A stretch of 36,398 nt of DNA from Myxococcales bacterium (GTDB lineage: Bacteria > Myxococcota > Myxococcia > Myxococcales > Myxococcaceae), in assembly GCA_038248085.1 (NCBI GenBank), contig JBBRUE010000001.1:1-36398 (forward strand). Direction: 5' to 3'. Shown piece after piece: positions 14,201 to 22,430 of this stretch. Within the stretch, counting starts at the first letter, position 1. Every line of letters begins with the position of its first letter. The notes under the pieces were generated by a model that had not been told where the DNA came from, did no database searches, and worked only from the letters and a program-made list of their open reading frames with translations. A program made the position numbers and the translations under genes.

Positions 14201-16591
14201 ATGCCCTTCTGGGCCTCGCTGGCCGAGGGCATCCGCGCCGGTCTGAAGGGCTCCAGCTCCGTCACCATGAACCGGCGCGCAGGCGCCGCCGAGTTCGCGG
14301 ACTGGGCAGACGCGAACCACATCGTGCTCGGTGACGGCAAGGACGACGCGGAGAACGTGGTCCGTGAATTCACCAAGACCCTCGATGTCCACAAACGCCG
14401 GAACGGCGAGCTGAACAAGCAGGGCGAGGCGTGCATCGTCATGGCCGCCGAGCTGTGCAAGCTCGCCAAGAACCCGGTCCAGAAGGTCGAGACGACGTGG
14501 GCCGCTGCTGTCGCGGACGTCGCCGCGAAGATGAAGGGCCCGAAGAAGAAGCAGCCCGCGCCCACGGCCCCTGAGCCCGCGCTAACTGTTGCAGCGCCTC
14601 CCCCCGAACCTGTCACCCCCACTGAGGAACCGATGGCCCAGCGCAACGAAGAACCCGAAGATGACCTGAATGATGCCGCCGAAGACCCCGGTGAAGTGGA
14701 AGAGCAAGAGCAGGAGGAGGAGGGAGGCGCTGAGGAAGATGCGCCGCCCCGTCGTCGTGCAGCGCGCCCGCCCCCCGTCCGCATCCAGTACGTGCAGGCG
14801 CCTCGCGCCGCGCGTCCGGCCGCCCGGGTAGCTGCGCCTCGCAGCTCGGCCATCAAGGCCATCATGCCGCGCCCGGAGAAAATCCGGTTGTACAAGCGGA
14901 ACGCGATCGGCAAGCGCGAGCTGATCGAAGACTTCACGGTCGACGAAATCGGGGACATGAAGCTGGAGCAGTTCATCCGCGAGTACATCGACCCGCAGTA
15001 CGCCAACGATGGCGTGGACACCGAGTACATCGCGTACGAGCTGGATCCGCGCAACGGCGCGGAGAAGAGCCCGGCCTCGACCATCACCATCCACGCGACG
15101 CCGCAGCAGGAGTCGCAGGACCCGTTCTCGAACGCGCGCAAGGCCATGGGCCTCGTGCAGGAGATGCAGGGGATGATGGCTCCGGTGGTTCAGCCGCAGA
15201 CCAGCCCCATCATCGAAGACGCGAAGCGGAAGGCCGCTGCGGGCGGGGACATGCAGGGCATGTTCATGCTCATGATGATGGAGCGCATGCAGCAGTCGCA
15301 GGCGCCCAGCAACAACGGCCAGACCGAGCTGATCATGAAGGTGCTCGACCGCATGGACCGGCTGGAGCGTGGTGGTGGCCCCTCGCGTGACGCGGGGCCG
15401 TCCTTCGGTCCTCCGCAGGGCTTCGGTGGCTTCGCGCCTCCGCCGTTCCAGTTCGTTCCGCCTCCTCCTCCCGTCGCGACGGGCAGTGACAAGCTGCTCG
15501 ACCTCGCCATGGCCAAGCTGGCCCAGCCGCCCCCGTCGCTGGCCGACTCCATCAAGGACCTGATGGCGCTGCAGACGTTGATGCAGCCGAAGAACGGCGA
15601 CAACGCCGAGGTCACCGCGCTCAAGGTGCAGGTCGCGCAGCTCGCGGCCGGTGGAGCGCGCGCTCCGGCGGGCTCGCTCGAAGCGGGCATGGAGACCTTC
15701 GAGAAGATGCTCACGATGCAGAAGGCCGTGGCCACGCAGGTCGGTGGTGGCTCTGACGTCGGCGGCTTCTTCAAGTCCCTCATCAGCCCCGAGGTGGGCA
15801 AGGCCATCGCGGGCATCGTGCAGCAGGCGCAGGCCAACAAGGCGCCTCCGGCTCCCGTGGCTGCGGCCCCGGCCGCTCCGCCTCCCCCGCGCGACTACAA
15901 CCGCCCGCCGGTTCCGCTTCCGCAGGCCGTCAACGACGCCGAGAAGATGTTCCTGCTGGCGCAGACCTCGGACGTGCAGGTCACGCGCTTCGTGGACCTG
16001 CTGCAGGCGATGTGGCTGTCCGGCGACCCGTACTACCAGAAGCTCCTCACGCCCGCGCTCGAAGCGCTCAACAAGGCCGAGGAGTCGGTGCAGTTCCTCA
16101 ACGAGCCGCGCAAGCTCGCCACGCTCCTCGTCCACGAGATTCGTCCTCAGCTCGCCAGCCCGGCGTTCGTGGACGCGTGCCTCGCTGCCATGGCCATGCG
16201 CGCCGGTGTGGAGCGCCTGCCGGCGACGCTCACCTCCACGCAGGGCAAGTGGACCTTCAATGGGCAGGACATCATCCTGCAGGACACGGTGGCCACGCCC
16301 ATCCCGCTGACGCAGCCGCTTCACCCTGCCGTGGCCTCCGGGGCCGTCCCTGCCGCCGTGCCGTCGCAGTCGCGCGAAGAGCGCGAGAAGGAGCTGGGCA
16401 TCGTCCGTGAGCAGGTCGCGGTCGCGGTGGTCGAGCAGGTCGCGGTCGCTGCGCCGGTGGCGGTCGAGCCGGTCGTGGTCCCTGCCAGCGAGCAGGTCAT
16501 CGAAGCGCCGGTCGCTCACGTCGAGGTCATCGAGCCTCCGATGGTGCGCGAGCTGGTGCCGGTGCACGCGGAGTCGTCTCCTTCCGCATAG
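14201..16591 (+). CDS. large low-complexity protein (796 aa): acidic, Pro/Ala-rich and Met-rich segments
   Basis: Track ORF 13991..16591 trimmed to the ATG at 14201 (MPFWASLAEG...). Contains an EEQEQEEEGGAEED acidic patch, MQGMFMLMMMERMQQSQ, PPPFQFVPPPPP, and a C-terminal EQVAVA repeat encoded by an imperfect 24-bp tandem repeat at ~16409-16460. Confidence 0.85.
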   Translation: MPFWASLAEGIRAGLKGSSSVTMNRRAGAAEFADWADANHIVLGDGKDDAENVVREFTKTLDVHKRRNGELNKQGEACIVMAAELCKLAKNPVQKVETTWAAAVADVAAKMKGPKKKQPAPTAPEPALTVAAPPPEPVTPTEEPMAQRNEEPEDDLNDAAEDPGEVEEQEQEEEGGAEEDAPPRRRAARPPPVRIQYVQAPRAARPAARVAAPRSSAIKAIMPRPEKIRLYKRNAIGKRELIEDFTVDEIGDMKLEQFIREYIDPQYANDGVDTEYIAYELDPRNGAEKSPASTITIHATPQQESQDPFSNARKAMGLVQEMQGMMAPVVQPQTSPIIEDAKRKAAAGGDMQGMFMLMMMERMQQSQAPSNNGQTELIMKVLDRMDRLERGGGPSRDAGPSFGPPQGFGGFAPPPFQFVPPPPPVATGSDKLLDLAMAKLAQPPPSLADSIKDLMALQTLMQPKNGDNAEVTALKVQVAQLAAGGARAPAGSLEAGMETFEKMLTMQKAVATQVGGGSDVGGFFKSLISPEVGKAIAGIVQQAQANKAPPAPVAAAPAAPPPPRDYNRPPVPLPQAVNDAEKMFLLAQTSDVQVTRFVDLLQAMWLSGDPYYQKLLTPALEALNKAEESVQFLNEPRKLATLLVHEIRPQLASPAFVDACLAAMAMRAGVERLPATLTSTQGKWTFNGQDIILQDTVATPIPLTQPLHPAVASGAVPAAVPSQSREEREKELGIVREQVAVAVVEQVAVAAPVAVEPVVVPASEQVIEAPVAHVEVIEPPMVRELVPVHAESSPSA

Positions 16592-16606
16592 GCGCCGCGC
16601 ATGTTT

Positions 16607-16658
16607 CTCCGGTGTGTAGGGCTGTTGGTATGGTCCTCCGCAGCCCCTCACACCGGAG
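16607..16658 (+). promoter_or_regulatory. long stem-loop between the 796-aa gene and the basic-protein genes
   Basis: CTCCGGTGTG (16607-16616) pairs perfectly with CACACCGGAG (16649-16658). The stem continues inward (AGGGCTG / CAGCCCCT with one bulge). No T-run follows. Confidence 0.5.
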
Positions 16659-16667
16659 CAACACCCC

Positions 16668-17069
16668 ATGACGAAGCGAACCGCGAAGGCCCCTCAGTCG
16701 AAGGCCCCCAAGTTCAACAAGGCCAAGGCGAAGAAGGCCCACAACGAGTGCTGCCCCATCCTGCACATCAACTGCGAGATGGCCACGCCCAAGGCTTCGC
16801 GCAAGTTCGTGAAGGTCAGCGACCGCTGGCTGTTCGAGAACCCCGGCAAGAAGACGACCCGCCGTGGCAACTCGACCGGCATCTGGGAAGACTCGACGGG
16901 CCCGGCGGTGAAGAAGTGCATCGTGAAGGTCGGCTCGCGCAAGGTCTTCAGCGGGGCCGCCGACGACGCGGGCCGCAAGCTGGCCGCGCTCAAGAAGAGG
17001 CTGGCCGACAAGCGCTGCCTCGCGGTGGTCGAGAGCAACTCCGGCGTCAAGATCTCGGTCCCCCGGTAA
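16668..17069 (+). CDS. basic Lys/Cys-containing protein (133 aa)
   Basis: Track ORF. MTKRTAKAPQSKAPKFNKAKAKKAHNECCPILHINC...KKCIVKVGSRK... Confidence 0.8.
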   Translation: MTKRTAKAPQSKAPKFNKAKAKKAHNECCPILHINCEMATPKASRKFVKVSDRWLFENPGKKTTRRGNSTGIWEDSTGPAVKKCIVKVGSRKVFSGAADDAGRKLAALKKRLADKRCLAVVESNSGVKISVPR

Positions 17070-17075
17070 CCGCCG

Positions 17076-17630
17076 ATGGTCACCCGCTCGAAGTGCAAGC
17101 ACGGCACGAAGCTGACGGAGTTCGTCCGCCTCCTGTCGCCCGCTGCTGAAGCTCTGCTCCTGCAGGGCGGCAAGAAGTCGTCTCCGCTGCTCAAGCAGGC
17201 CATCAAGGCCACGACCTGCACGACCACGAAGGGTGACCGCGTGGTGGTGAAGGCGACCGTCGTGCGCAAGAACCTCGGCGGTGCGGTGCGTGAAGTCGTC
17301 GGTGCTCGTGGCGGAGCGTTCCCGCGCGCTCAGCCGAAGCACCAGTTGGTGAAGGGCTTCTCGCTTCCGCCTGCCGCCGCGCCGGGCTACAACGCGTGGA
17401 AGCCGGGGACGTGGGACCGTGGCCCGATCGAGGTCAACGACTCCGACCTCGTCGATGGCCCTCAGCCCACGGGCATGAACGGGCTCGGCTTGCTGAACGG
17501 GCCTTTCTACGTGCACTACGGCAGCGCGTCCCACGGCCCGATGAGCACGGTTTCCTTCGCCACCAAGTGGGAGGCGATGGCCGCCGTGCGGCGATCAAAG
17601 GCCGAAGGCTTCCCCGCTCGACTCGGGTGA
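17076..17630 (+). CDS. hypothetical basic protein (184 aa)
   Basis: Track ORF. The N-terminus MVTRSKCKHGTKL shares KCKHG with the 41-aa protein at 32588. Confidence 0.8.
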   Translation: MVTRSKCKHGTKLTEFVRLLSPAAEALLLQGGKKSSPLLKQAIKATTCTTTKGDRVVVKATVVRKNLGGAVREVVGARGGAFPRAQPKHQLVKGFSLPPAAAPGYNAWKPGTWDRGPIEVNDSDLVDGPQPTGMNGLGLLNGPFYVHYGSASHGPMSTVSFATKWEAMAAVRRSKAEGFPARLG

Positions 17631-17634
17631 CCTC

Positions 17635-17979
17635 ATGGCCCGCCTCAAGTGCCCTCGTGGAGAGCAGCCCGTCGCGCTCTGCGTGCCGGAAGAGACGCCG
17701 ACGCGCTTCGCCGGGCTGCGCCTGAAGTGCCCGACCGGGATGAAGCAGGTGCTGGCGTGCCCCACGGATCTCCGGCCTGCTGAGCCGGAGCGTGAAGGCG
17801 TGCAGCATCCGCAGCCTGCGCCGGAGCACTACGGGCTCGGCCAGACCCTCACGCTGAAGTGCGCGCGTGGCGAAGTCCCTATCTGCACGCCTCGGTACGC
17901 GGTCCCCGGCTTGAGTGGGGATGCCGACGAGGACACTGAAGAGGCCAGCTCAACCACCTACCGCAGGCTGCAGGAGTAG
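17635..17979 (+). CDS. Cys-repeat protein (114 aa), three LKCxxG...C.P units
   Basis: Track ORF with three repeat units: LKCPRGEQPVALCVP, LKCPTGMKQVLACPT, LKCARGEVPICTP. Confidence 0.75.
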   Translation: MARLKCPRGEQPVALCVPEETPTRFAGLRLKCPTGMKQVLACPTDLRPAEPEREGVQHPQPAPEHYGLGQTLTLKCARGEVPICTPRYAVPGLSGDADEDTEEASSTTYRRLQE

Positions 17980-17982
17980 GCC

Positions 17983-18456
17983 GTGACTGACACCCTCAAG
18001 TGCGCTCGTGGTCTTCCTCCTGTGGTGCGTCTCAGCCTGCACAAGGTGAAGTGCCCTCGCGCGACCTCGGAGATCAACAACTCGCCTGAGCGCATCCTCC
18101 AGTACGTGCAGCGCGAGTACGGCTGCATGCCGCAGGAGTACATGCTGGTGCTCGCGATGAGTTCTTCTATGGAAGTGCTCACCATCATCGAGGCGAGCGT
18201 GGGGGCCGTAGCGCAAGCTCTCGTGGACCCCAAGGTGGTGTTTCCGGCCTTGCTGCTCTCTGGGGCGACCGGGTTCATCCTCATTCACAACCACCCCTCC
18301 GGTGACCCGTCACCGTCGGACGCTGACGTGCAGTTGACGCGGCAATTCCGCGAAGGCGGGCGCATCCTCGGGCTGCAGCTCATCGACCACATGGTCATCG
18401 GCGCAGGAAACGGCTACCGCTCGTTTCAGGCCATGGGCCTTCTCGCGAGGCTGTGA
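17983..18456 (+). CDS. RadC-like JAB/MPN domain protein (157 aa) with N-terminal LKCARG / VKCPR extension
   Basis: JAMM-type motif ILIHNHPSGDPSPSDADVQLT plus LIDHMVIG, typical of the RadC/DUF2466 family. GTG start. Confidence 0.85.
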   Translation: MTDTLKCARGLPPVVRLSLHKVKCPRATSEINNSPERILQYVQREYGCMPQEYMLVLAMSSSMEVLTIIEASVGAVAQALVDPKVVFPALLLSGATGFILIHNHPSGDPSPSDADVQLTRQFREGGRILGLQLIDHMVIGAGNGYRSFQAMGLLARL

Positions 18457-18459
18457 GCC

Positions 18460-18849
18460 GTGGTCGCCCACGTCGTTCCGGCTGACATCGTGCTGCACGC
18501 CAACCGGGACTGGCGTGGCCATTTCCGGGAGCGCGATGGCGGACAGCTTCGAGTCGACGAGAACTTGAGCAGATTGTGCGTGAACCTCTTCGAGATGAAT
18601 CTCGCCAAGGAGCTGGCTGGGCAATCGACGATTCTCGCAGCGACCCTCATGCAGATGCTGCAGACGCAGGTCTACCCGTGGGAAGAGCGCATCCTCAAAC
18701 TGCCACTCACGCAGGTCCACACGGCGCTGCGGAGGCTCGCGGCGATCAACAACTTGAAGTGGATGTACGTCCGCATCACCGAAGCCGCGCGGGGTGAGCT
18801 GCTCGTTTGGTTGGACTCGCAGCTAGAACAGGGGAGACTCATCGTATGA
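18460..18849 (+). CDS. hypothetical protein (129 aa)
   Basis: Track ORF with GTG start. High third-position GC throughout. Confidence 0.7.
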   Translation: MVAHVVPADIVLHANRDWRGHFRERDGGQLRVDENLSRLCVNLFEMNLAKELAGQSTILAATLMQMLQTQVYPWEERILKLPLTQVHTALRRLAAINNLKWMYVRITEAARGELLVWLDSQLEQGRLIV

Positions 18850-19622
18850 GCAGCGGATTCGAGCGCATTGCAGCAGGACTCGTGGGGGCCGCCTTCGGTC
18901 TGAAGGTCCTCGACGGGGCCAAGCCCCTCTGGGCTCGCGCCGCCTATGGCGCCGTCGCCTTCGACCTCATCAGCAACGCCGTGAAGGCCACGGAGCACCC
19001 TCTCCTCGGGGACCCGGCAGCTCGTCTCGGTGACGCCGAGGCCAAGGTGCGTGAAGTGGCGAAGATGCCCGTCTTCAAGGAGAAGCGCGTCCGCAACATC
19101 GACGAGCGCGTGGCCTACGTCCACACGCAGATGATTCAGGGCACGCGTGACCCGAAGATCTACAAGCTCAAGAGCGCGATCCTCAGCAAGAGGTGTGACG
19201 ATGGCAAGGGCGGCGATACGTGGTGCATCCCTGAGAAGGACGCGTGGGCCGAAGCGACGGCGTTCTTCAACGAGGTCCGCAAGCGCGTCCGCTACACTTG
19301 GGACCCGACGGACTTCGACGCGTTCCAGACCCCGGCCAAGACGCTGGAGCTGCAGACCGGCGACTGCGACGACTACACGTCTCTCCTCGGCGCGCTGTGC
19401 CGCACGGCAGGCCATCAGGTGCGTTCGCGCATCGTGCAGCTAAAGGGCAGCAGCCAGCCGTGGGACCACATCTACCTGCGCGTGAAGGTCGGCAACGGCT
19501 GGAAGACGCTCGACTGCTCGGTGGACAAGCCTGCTGGCTGGGAAGTGCCCGACGACATGGTCCAGCGGAAGCAGGATTACGACGTGGTAGAGAGTGGTGC
19601 CGGTCCCACGCTCGACAAGTAA
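18846..19622 (+). CDS. transglutaminase-like cysteine peptidase-fold protein with N-terminal membrane segment (258 aa)
   Basis: ATG at 18846 (ATGA overlap). LQTGDCDDYTSLLGALCRTAGHQVRSRIV...PWDHIYLRVKVGNGWKTLD matches the Cys...His...Asp layout of the transglutaminase core. The N-terminus IAAGLVGAAFGLKVL is hydrophobic. Confidence 0.8.
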   Translation: MSSGFERIAAGLVGAAFGLKVLDGAKPLWARAAYGAVAFDLISNAVKATEHPLLGDPAARLGDAEAKVREVAKMPVFKEKRVRNIDERVAYVHTQMIQGTRDPKIYKLKSAILSKRCDDGKGGDTWCIPEKDAWAEATAFFNEVRKRVRYTWDPTDFDAFQTPAKTLELQTGDCDDYTSLLGALCRTAGHQVRSRIVQLKGSSQPWDHIYLRVKVGNGWKTLDCSVDKPAGWEVPDDMVQRKQDYDVVESGAGPTLDK

Positions 19623-19634
19623 GGAACGCACCCC

Positions 19635-20102
19635 ATGAGCAACAACAGCATCCTCGAACGCGCCAAGAGCTTCTTCGAAGGCACCGTCCACCCGTGGTGG
19701 AAGAACATCTTGTGCAAGTGGCAGCCGGAGCTGCGGAAGTATTCCAGCGAGCTGCTGCTCGCGGGCATCTTCCTCTCGCAGCGCGACCTCATCGAAGCGC
19801 TCCAGCAGGGCGGGAACTACTTCCGCATCACGCCCTTCCATCTCCGCGCCGGTGCCGAGGCCACCAAGGTCGTGGACATCGAGACCAACGGCTACGTGCG
19901 CGAGGTCAGCATCTGGATGGACTCGGCCGTCGGTCTGCCTGACCCGACCATCCGCCTGAGCACCGGCGCCTCGGGCACCGTGGGCAACGGCGTGCGCGTG
20001 ACTCCGGGCGGGCCGAACGAGCTGGGCAAGGTGCCGCCGAACACGCGCCTCTTCCTCTCGGCGGACATCGACATCAACGGCTACATCATCGAGCGCGGCT
20101 GA
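19635..20102 (+). CDS. hypothetical beta-rich protein (155 aa)
   Basis: Track ORF. The C-terminal half is rich in short beta-like segments (VREVSIWMD, TIRLSTG, VRVTPGG, RLFLSADIDINGYIIERG). Confidence 0.8.
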   Translation: MSNNSILERAKSFFEGTVHPWWKNILCKWQPELRKYSSELLLAGIFLSQRDLIEALQQGGNYFRITPFHLRAGAEATKVVDIETNGYVREVSIWMDSAVGLPDPTIRLSTGASGTVGNGVRVTPGGPNELGKVPPNTRLFLSADIDINGYIIERG

Positions 20103-20103
20103 G

Positions 20104-20778
20104 ATGAACCTCACGCTCTCCACCAAGAGGCTGGCAGCGCACCTGCTGCAGCACCTGCGCAGCACGCACGACTTCGGGTTGCGGTCGAGCATCACCGTGC
20201 GTGATGGGTCGGGCGTGAGCGTGGAGGCCAGCGCGGACGGCTCTGAGGTGCTGAGCGTGTTCGACATGGAGCGCGGGCCGATCATCATCGAGCGCGTGGC
20301 GAAGCTGAACCCCTTCGCGTGGGACCGGGCCACGGCGCTCACGGGCGCCTACGAAAAGCGCGCAGCAGTCGGGCCCGGTCAGGTCGGCATCAGCTCGACG
20401 CACACGTACCTCGGGCTCGCGCACTGCAGCATGGTGACGAGCCAAGAGACGCTGACGCTCTACTTCAACCTCGGCATGCTGGAGACGGCCAAGCGGCTCA
20501 GCGACCCGGAGAAGCTCGTGCTGCTGCTGCAGGCCAACGAGCAGGGGCAGCGTCGCAAGGATGCGTTCGAGACGCTCCTCCGCAAGTCGGGCGTGGATGC
20601 TCGGCAAGTCCTCGCTCAGCTCCGCGAGAAGACGCTCGTCCGCGCCGGGATGAAGAACAGCAAGACTGGCGAAGTCACCTCGTGGGGCATCACGGCTGAA
20701 GGCCGCGAAGTGCTCAGCCAGCTCAACTACACCGTGCAGCGCGAGCTTGAGCTGCGCTTCCTCGGAAGGGATTACTGA
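20104..20778 (+). CDS. hypothetical protein (224 aa), possible C-terminal winged-helix
   Basis: Track ORF. The C-terminal LVLLLQANEQGQRRKDAFETLLRKSGVDARQVLAQLREKTLVRAG pattern looks winged-helix-like. Confidence 0.8.
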   Translation: MNLTLSTKRLAAHLLQHLRSTHDFGLRSSITVRDGSGVSVEASADGSEVLSVFDMERGPIIIERVAKLNPFAWDRATALTGAYEKRAAVGPGQVGISSTHTYLGLAHCSMVTSQETLTLYFNLGMLETAKRLSDPEKLVLLLQANEQGQRRKDAFETLLRKSGVDARQVLAQLREKTLVRAGMKNSKTGEVTSWGITAEGREVLSQLNYTVQRELELRFLGRDY

Positions 20779-21975
20779 ATGGCTGCGATCACCGGGAACA
20801 TGGAGCAGGGCGAGGTCATCGACGCCAGCGGCATCCTCGGCGGCCTCAGTGGCGTACGAGAAACCCCGCGCAGCTTGGAGGCGATGCACAAGGGGCTCAC
20901 TGGGTCCCACTGGGTGCGTTCGGCTCTCGGCTGGTACATGCAGAAGGTGAAGATCCGCCACGAATGGTCGGGCGACACGCTCCTGCTCCGCGTCGTGGAT
21001 GCGCCGATGAAGGACGCAGAGGGGCCGTACATCCCGCGCAATGCCGTGCCGTGGTACCAGATGCCCAAGCCGGTTCGCGGGGCCAAGGTGTGGTCGCACA
21101 CCAACGGGAAGATGGACTGCCCCGTGTTCGACCTGCCCGCTGGCGCCAAGAGCGCCGGTGGCTCGTGCCCCGGTGCGGATGAGGGGCAGAGCATCGTGGC
21201 CGAGCGCCACGGCACGCTCCGTGGAACCGATGACCCGGCCGCGTTGCTGCGTGATGTTCCGCTCAACCAGCAGGTGGACCTCCGCACGACCATCTGCATG
21301 GCCTGCTACGCGGAGACCGGACCCATCGCGTACACCAGCAACCAGCTCTCCCAGCTCATGCGGCACATCTGGTCGGCCGGGATGATCAACAGCCACTACG
21401 ACGCCTTCGTGGATGTGCTGGCCACGTCCCTGCTGAAGATGGACGAGTCGCTGTTCGGCGGCGCCTGCGCGCCGGGAGCCATCCTCCCCATCCGCCTTCA
21501 TGGCGGCGGTGATTTCTACAGCGAGAAGTACGCCCGTGCGTGGATCGACGTGGCGAACACCGTGGCCGCGTCAGGCAGCAAGGGCGCGCGCATGCGCTTC
21601 TGGGCTCCGACGCGAACGTGGGCCACGAAGGGGTGGACGGAGCTGTGGCGCACGCGCTTGCTGCCCCGGCTGCGTCAGCCGAACTTCGTGGTGCGGCCCA
21701 GCTCCTTCCACTTCGACAACCCGGCTCCCGGTCCTTTCCTCCCGGGCTCTGGTGAAGGCTCGACGTCGATGTTCCTCCGCAACAAGAAGGAGGAGATGGA
21801 CCGCAAGAACTTCCATGCGCAGGGTGACGAGAAGAAATTCTTCGACTGGCAGTGCCCGGCCTACTCGCTGAAGGAAGCGAAGTCCTGCACGGAGAGCCCG
21901 AACCCGATGGGGCGGAAGCACTGCCGCGCCTGTTGGATCCGCCCTGACCTCCGCATCAACTACCCCGCGCACTGA
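20779..21975 (+). CDS. Cys-rich protein (398 aa), possibly GP88-like phage family
   Basis: Track ORF. SCPGADEGQ...ICMACYAETGPIAYTSNQL and IRLHGGGDFYSEKYARAWIDV resemble the C..CYA / R.H..GDF pattern I associate with the phage GP88 family. C-terminal CPAYS...CTESP...HCRACW Cys cluster. Confidence 0.8.
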   Translation: MAAITGNMEQGEVIDASGILGGLSGVRETPRSLEAMHKGLTGSHWVRSALGWYMQKVKIRHEWSGDTLLLRVVDAPMKDAEGPYIPRNAVPWYQMPKPVRGAKVWSHTNGKMDCPVFDLPAGAKSAGGSCPGADEGQSIVAERHGTLRGTDDPAALLRDVPLNQQVDLRTTICMACYAETGPIAYTSNQLSQLMRHIWSAGMINSHYDAFVDVLATSLLKMDESLFGGACAPGAILPIRLHGGGDFYSEKYARAWIDVANTVAASGSKGARMRFWAPTRTWATKGWTELWRTRLLPRLRQPNFVVRPSSFHFDNPAPGPFLPGSGEGSTSMFLRNKKEEMDRKNFHAQGDEKKFFDWQCPAYSLKEAKSCTESPNPMGRKHCRACWIRPDLRINYPAH

Positions 21976-21983
21976 GGCTCGCC

Positions 21984-22430
21984 ATGGACGAAGAAGAAGA
22001 CGACGACATCGAGCTGGAAGAAGGCGACGAAGATGAGGACGTCGTCATCCCGACGGAGCCGGGCAGCAATCAGGGCCCGACGTTGGACGGGAAGATCCTC
22101 GCGGTGAAGCGGGTCAGCGTGGAGATGCCCGACCTCATCGTGAAAGGCATGCGCAAAGAGAAGGAGATGTGCCTCAAGTCGGAGCAGGAGGACTACTCCT
22201 GTCAGTCCGAGCTGGAATTCCTCACGCCGGAAGACGCGAAGGCGCTCAAGCTCCCGGTGGGGACCACGGCAGCGCTGCACAAGTGCGTTCGTCCCGGCTC
22301 CAAGGAAGGTGCCTTCATCCCGGTGGAGACTTCCGCGCAAGCGATGGAAGTCGGCGCTTCGTTCTGCGGCTGCGTCGGTGACGCGAGCGCCAAGTCTGGC
22401 CATCGGAAGAAGTGCGCAAGGTCCAAGTGA
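21984..22430 (+). CDS. protein with a strongly acidic N-terminus and Cys-containing basic C-terminus (148 aa)
   Basis: Track ORF. MDEEEDDDIELEEGDEDEDVVIP... at the N-terminus; ...SAKSGHRKKCARSK at the C-terminus. Confidence 0.75.
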   Translation: MDEEEDDDIELEEGDEDEDVVIPTEPGSNQGPTLDGKILAVKRVSVEMPDLIVKGMRKEKEMCLKSEQEDYSCQSELEFLTPEDAKALKLPVGTTAALHKCVRPGSKEGAFIPVETSAQAMEVGASFCGCVGDASAKSGHRKKCARSK

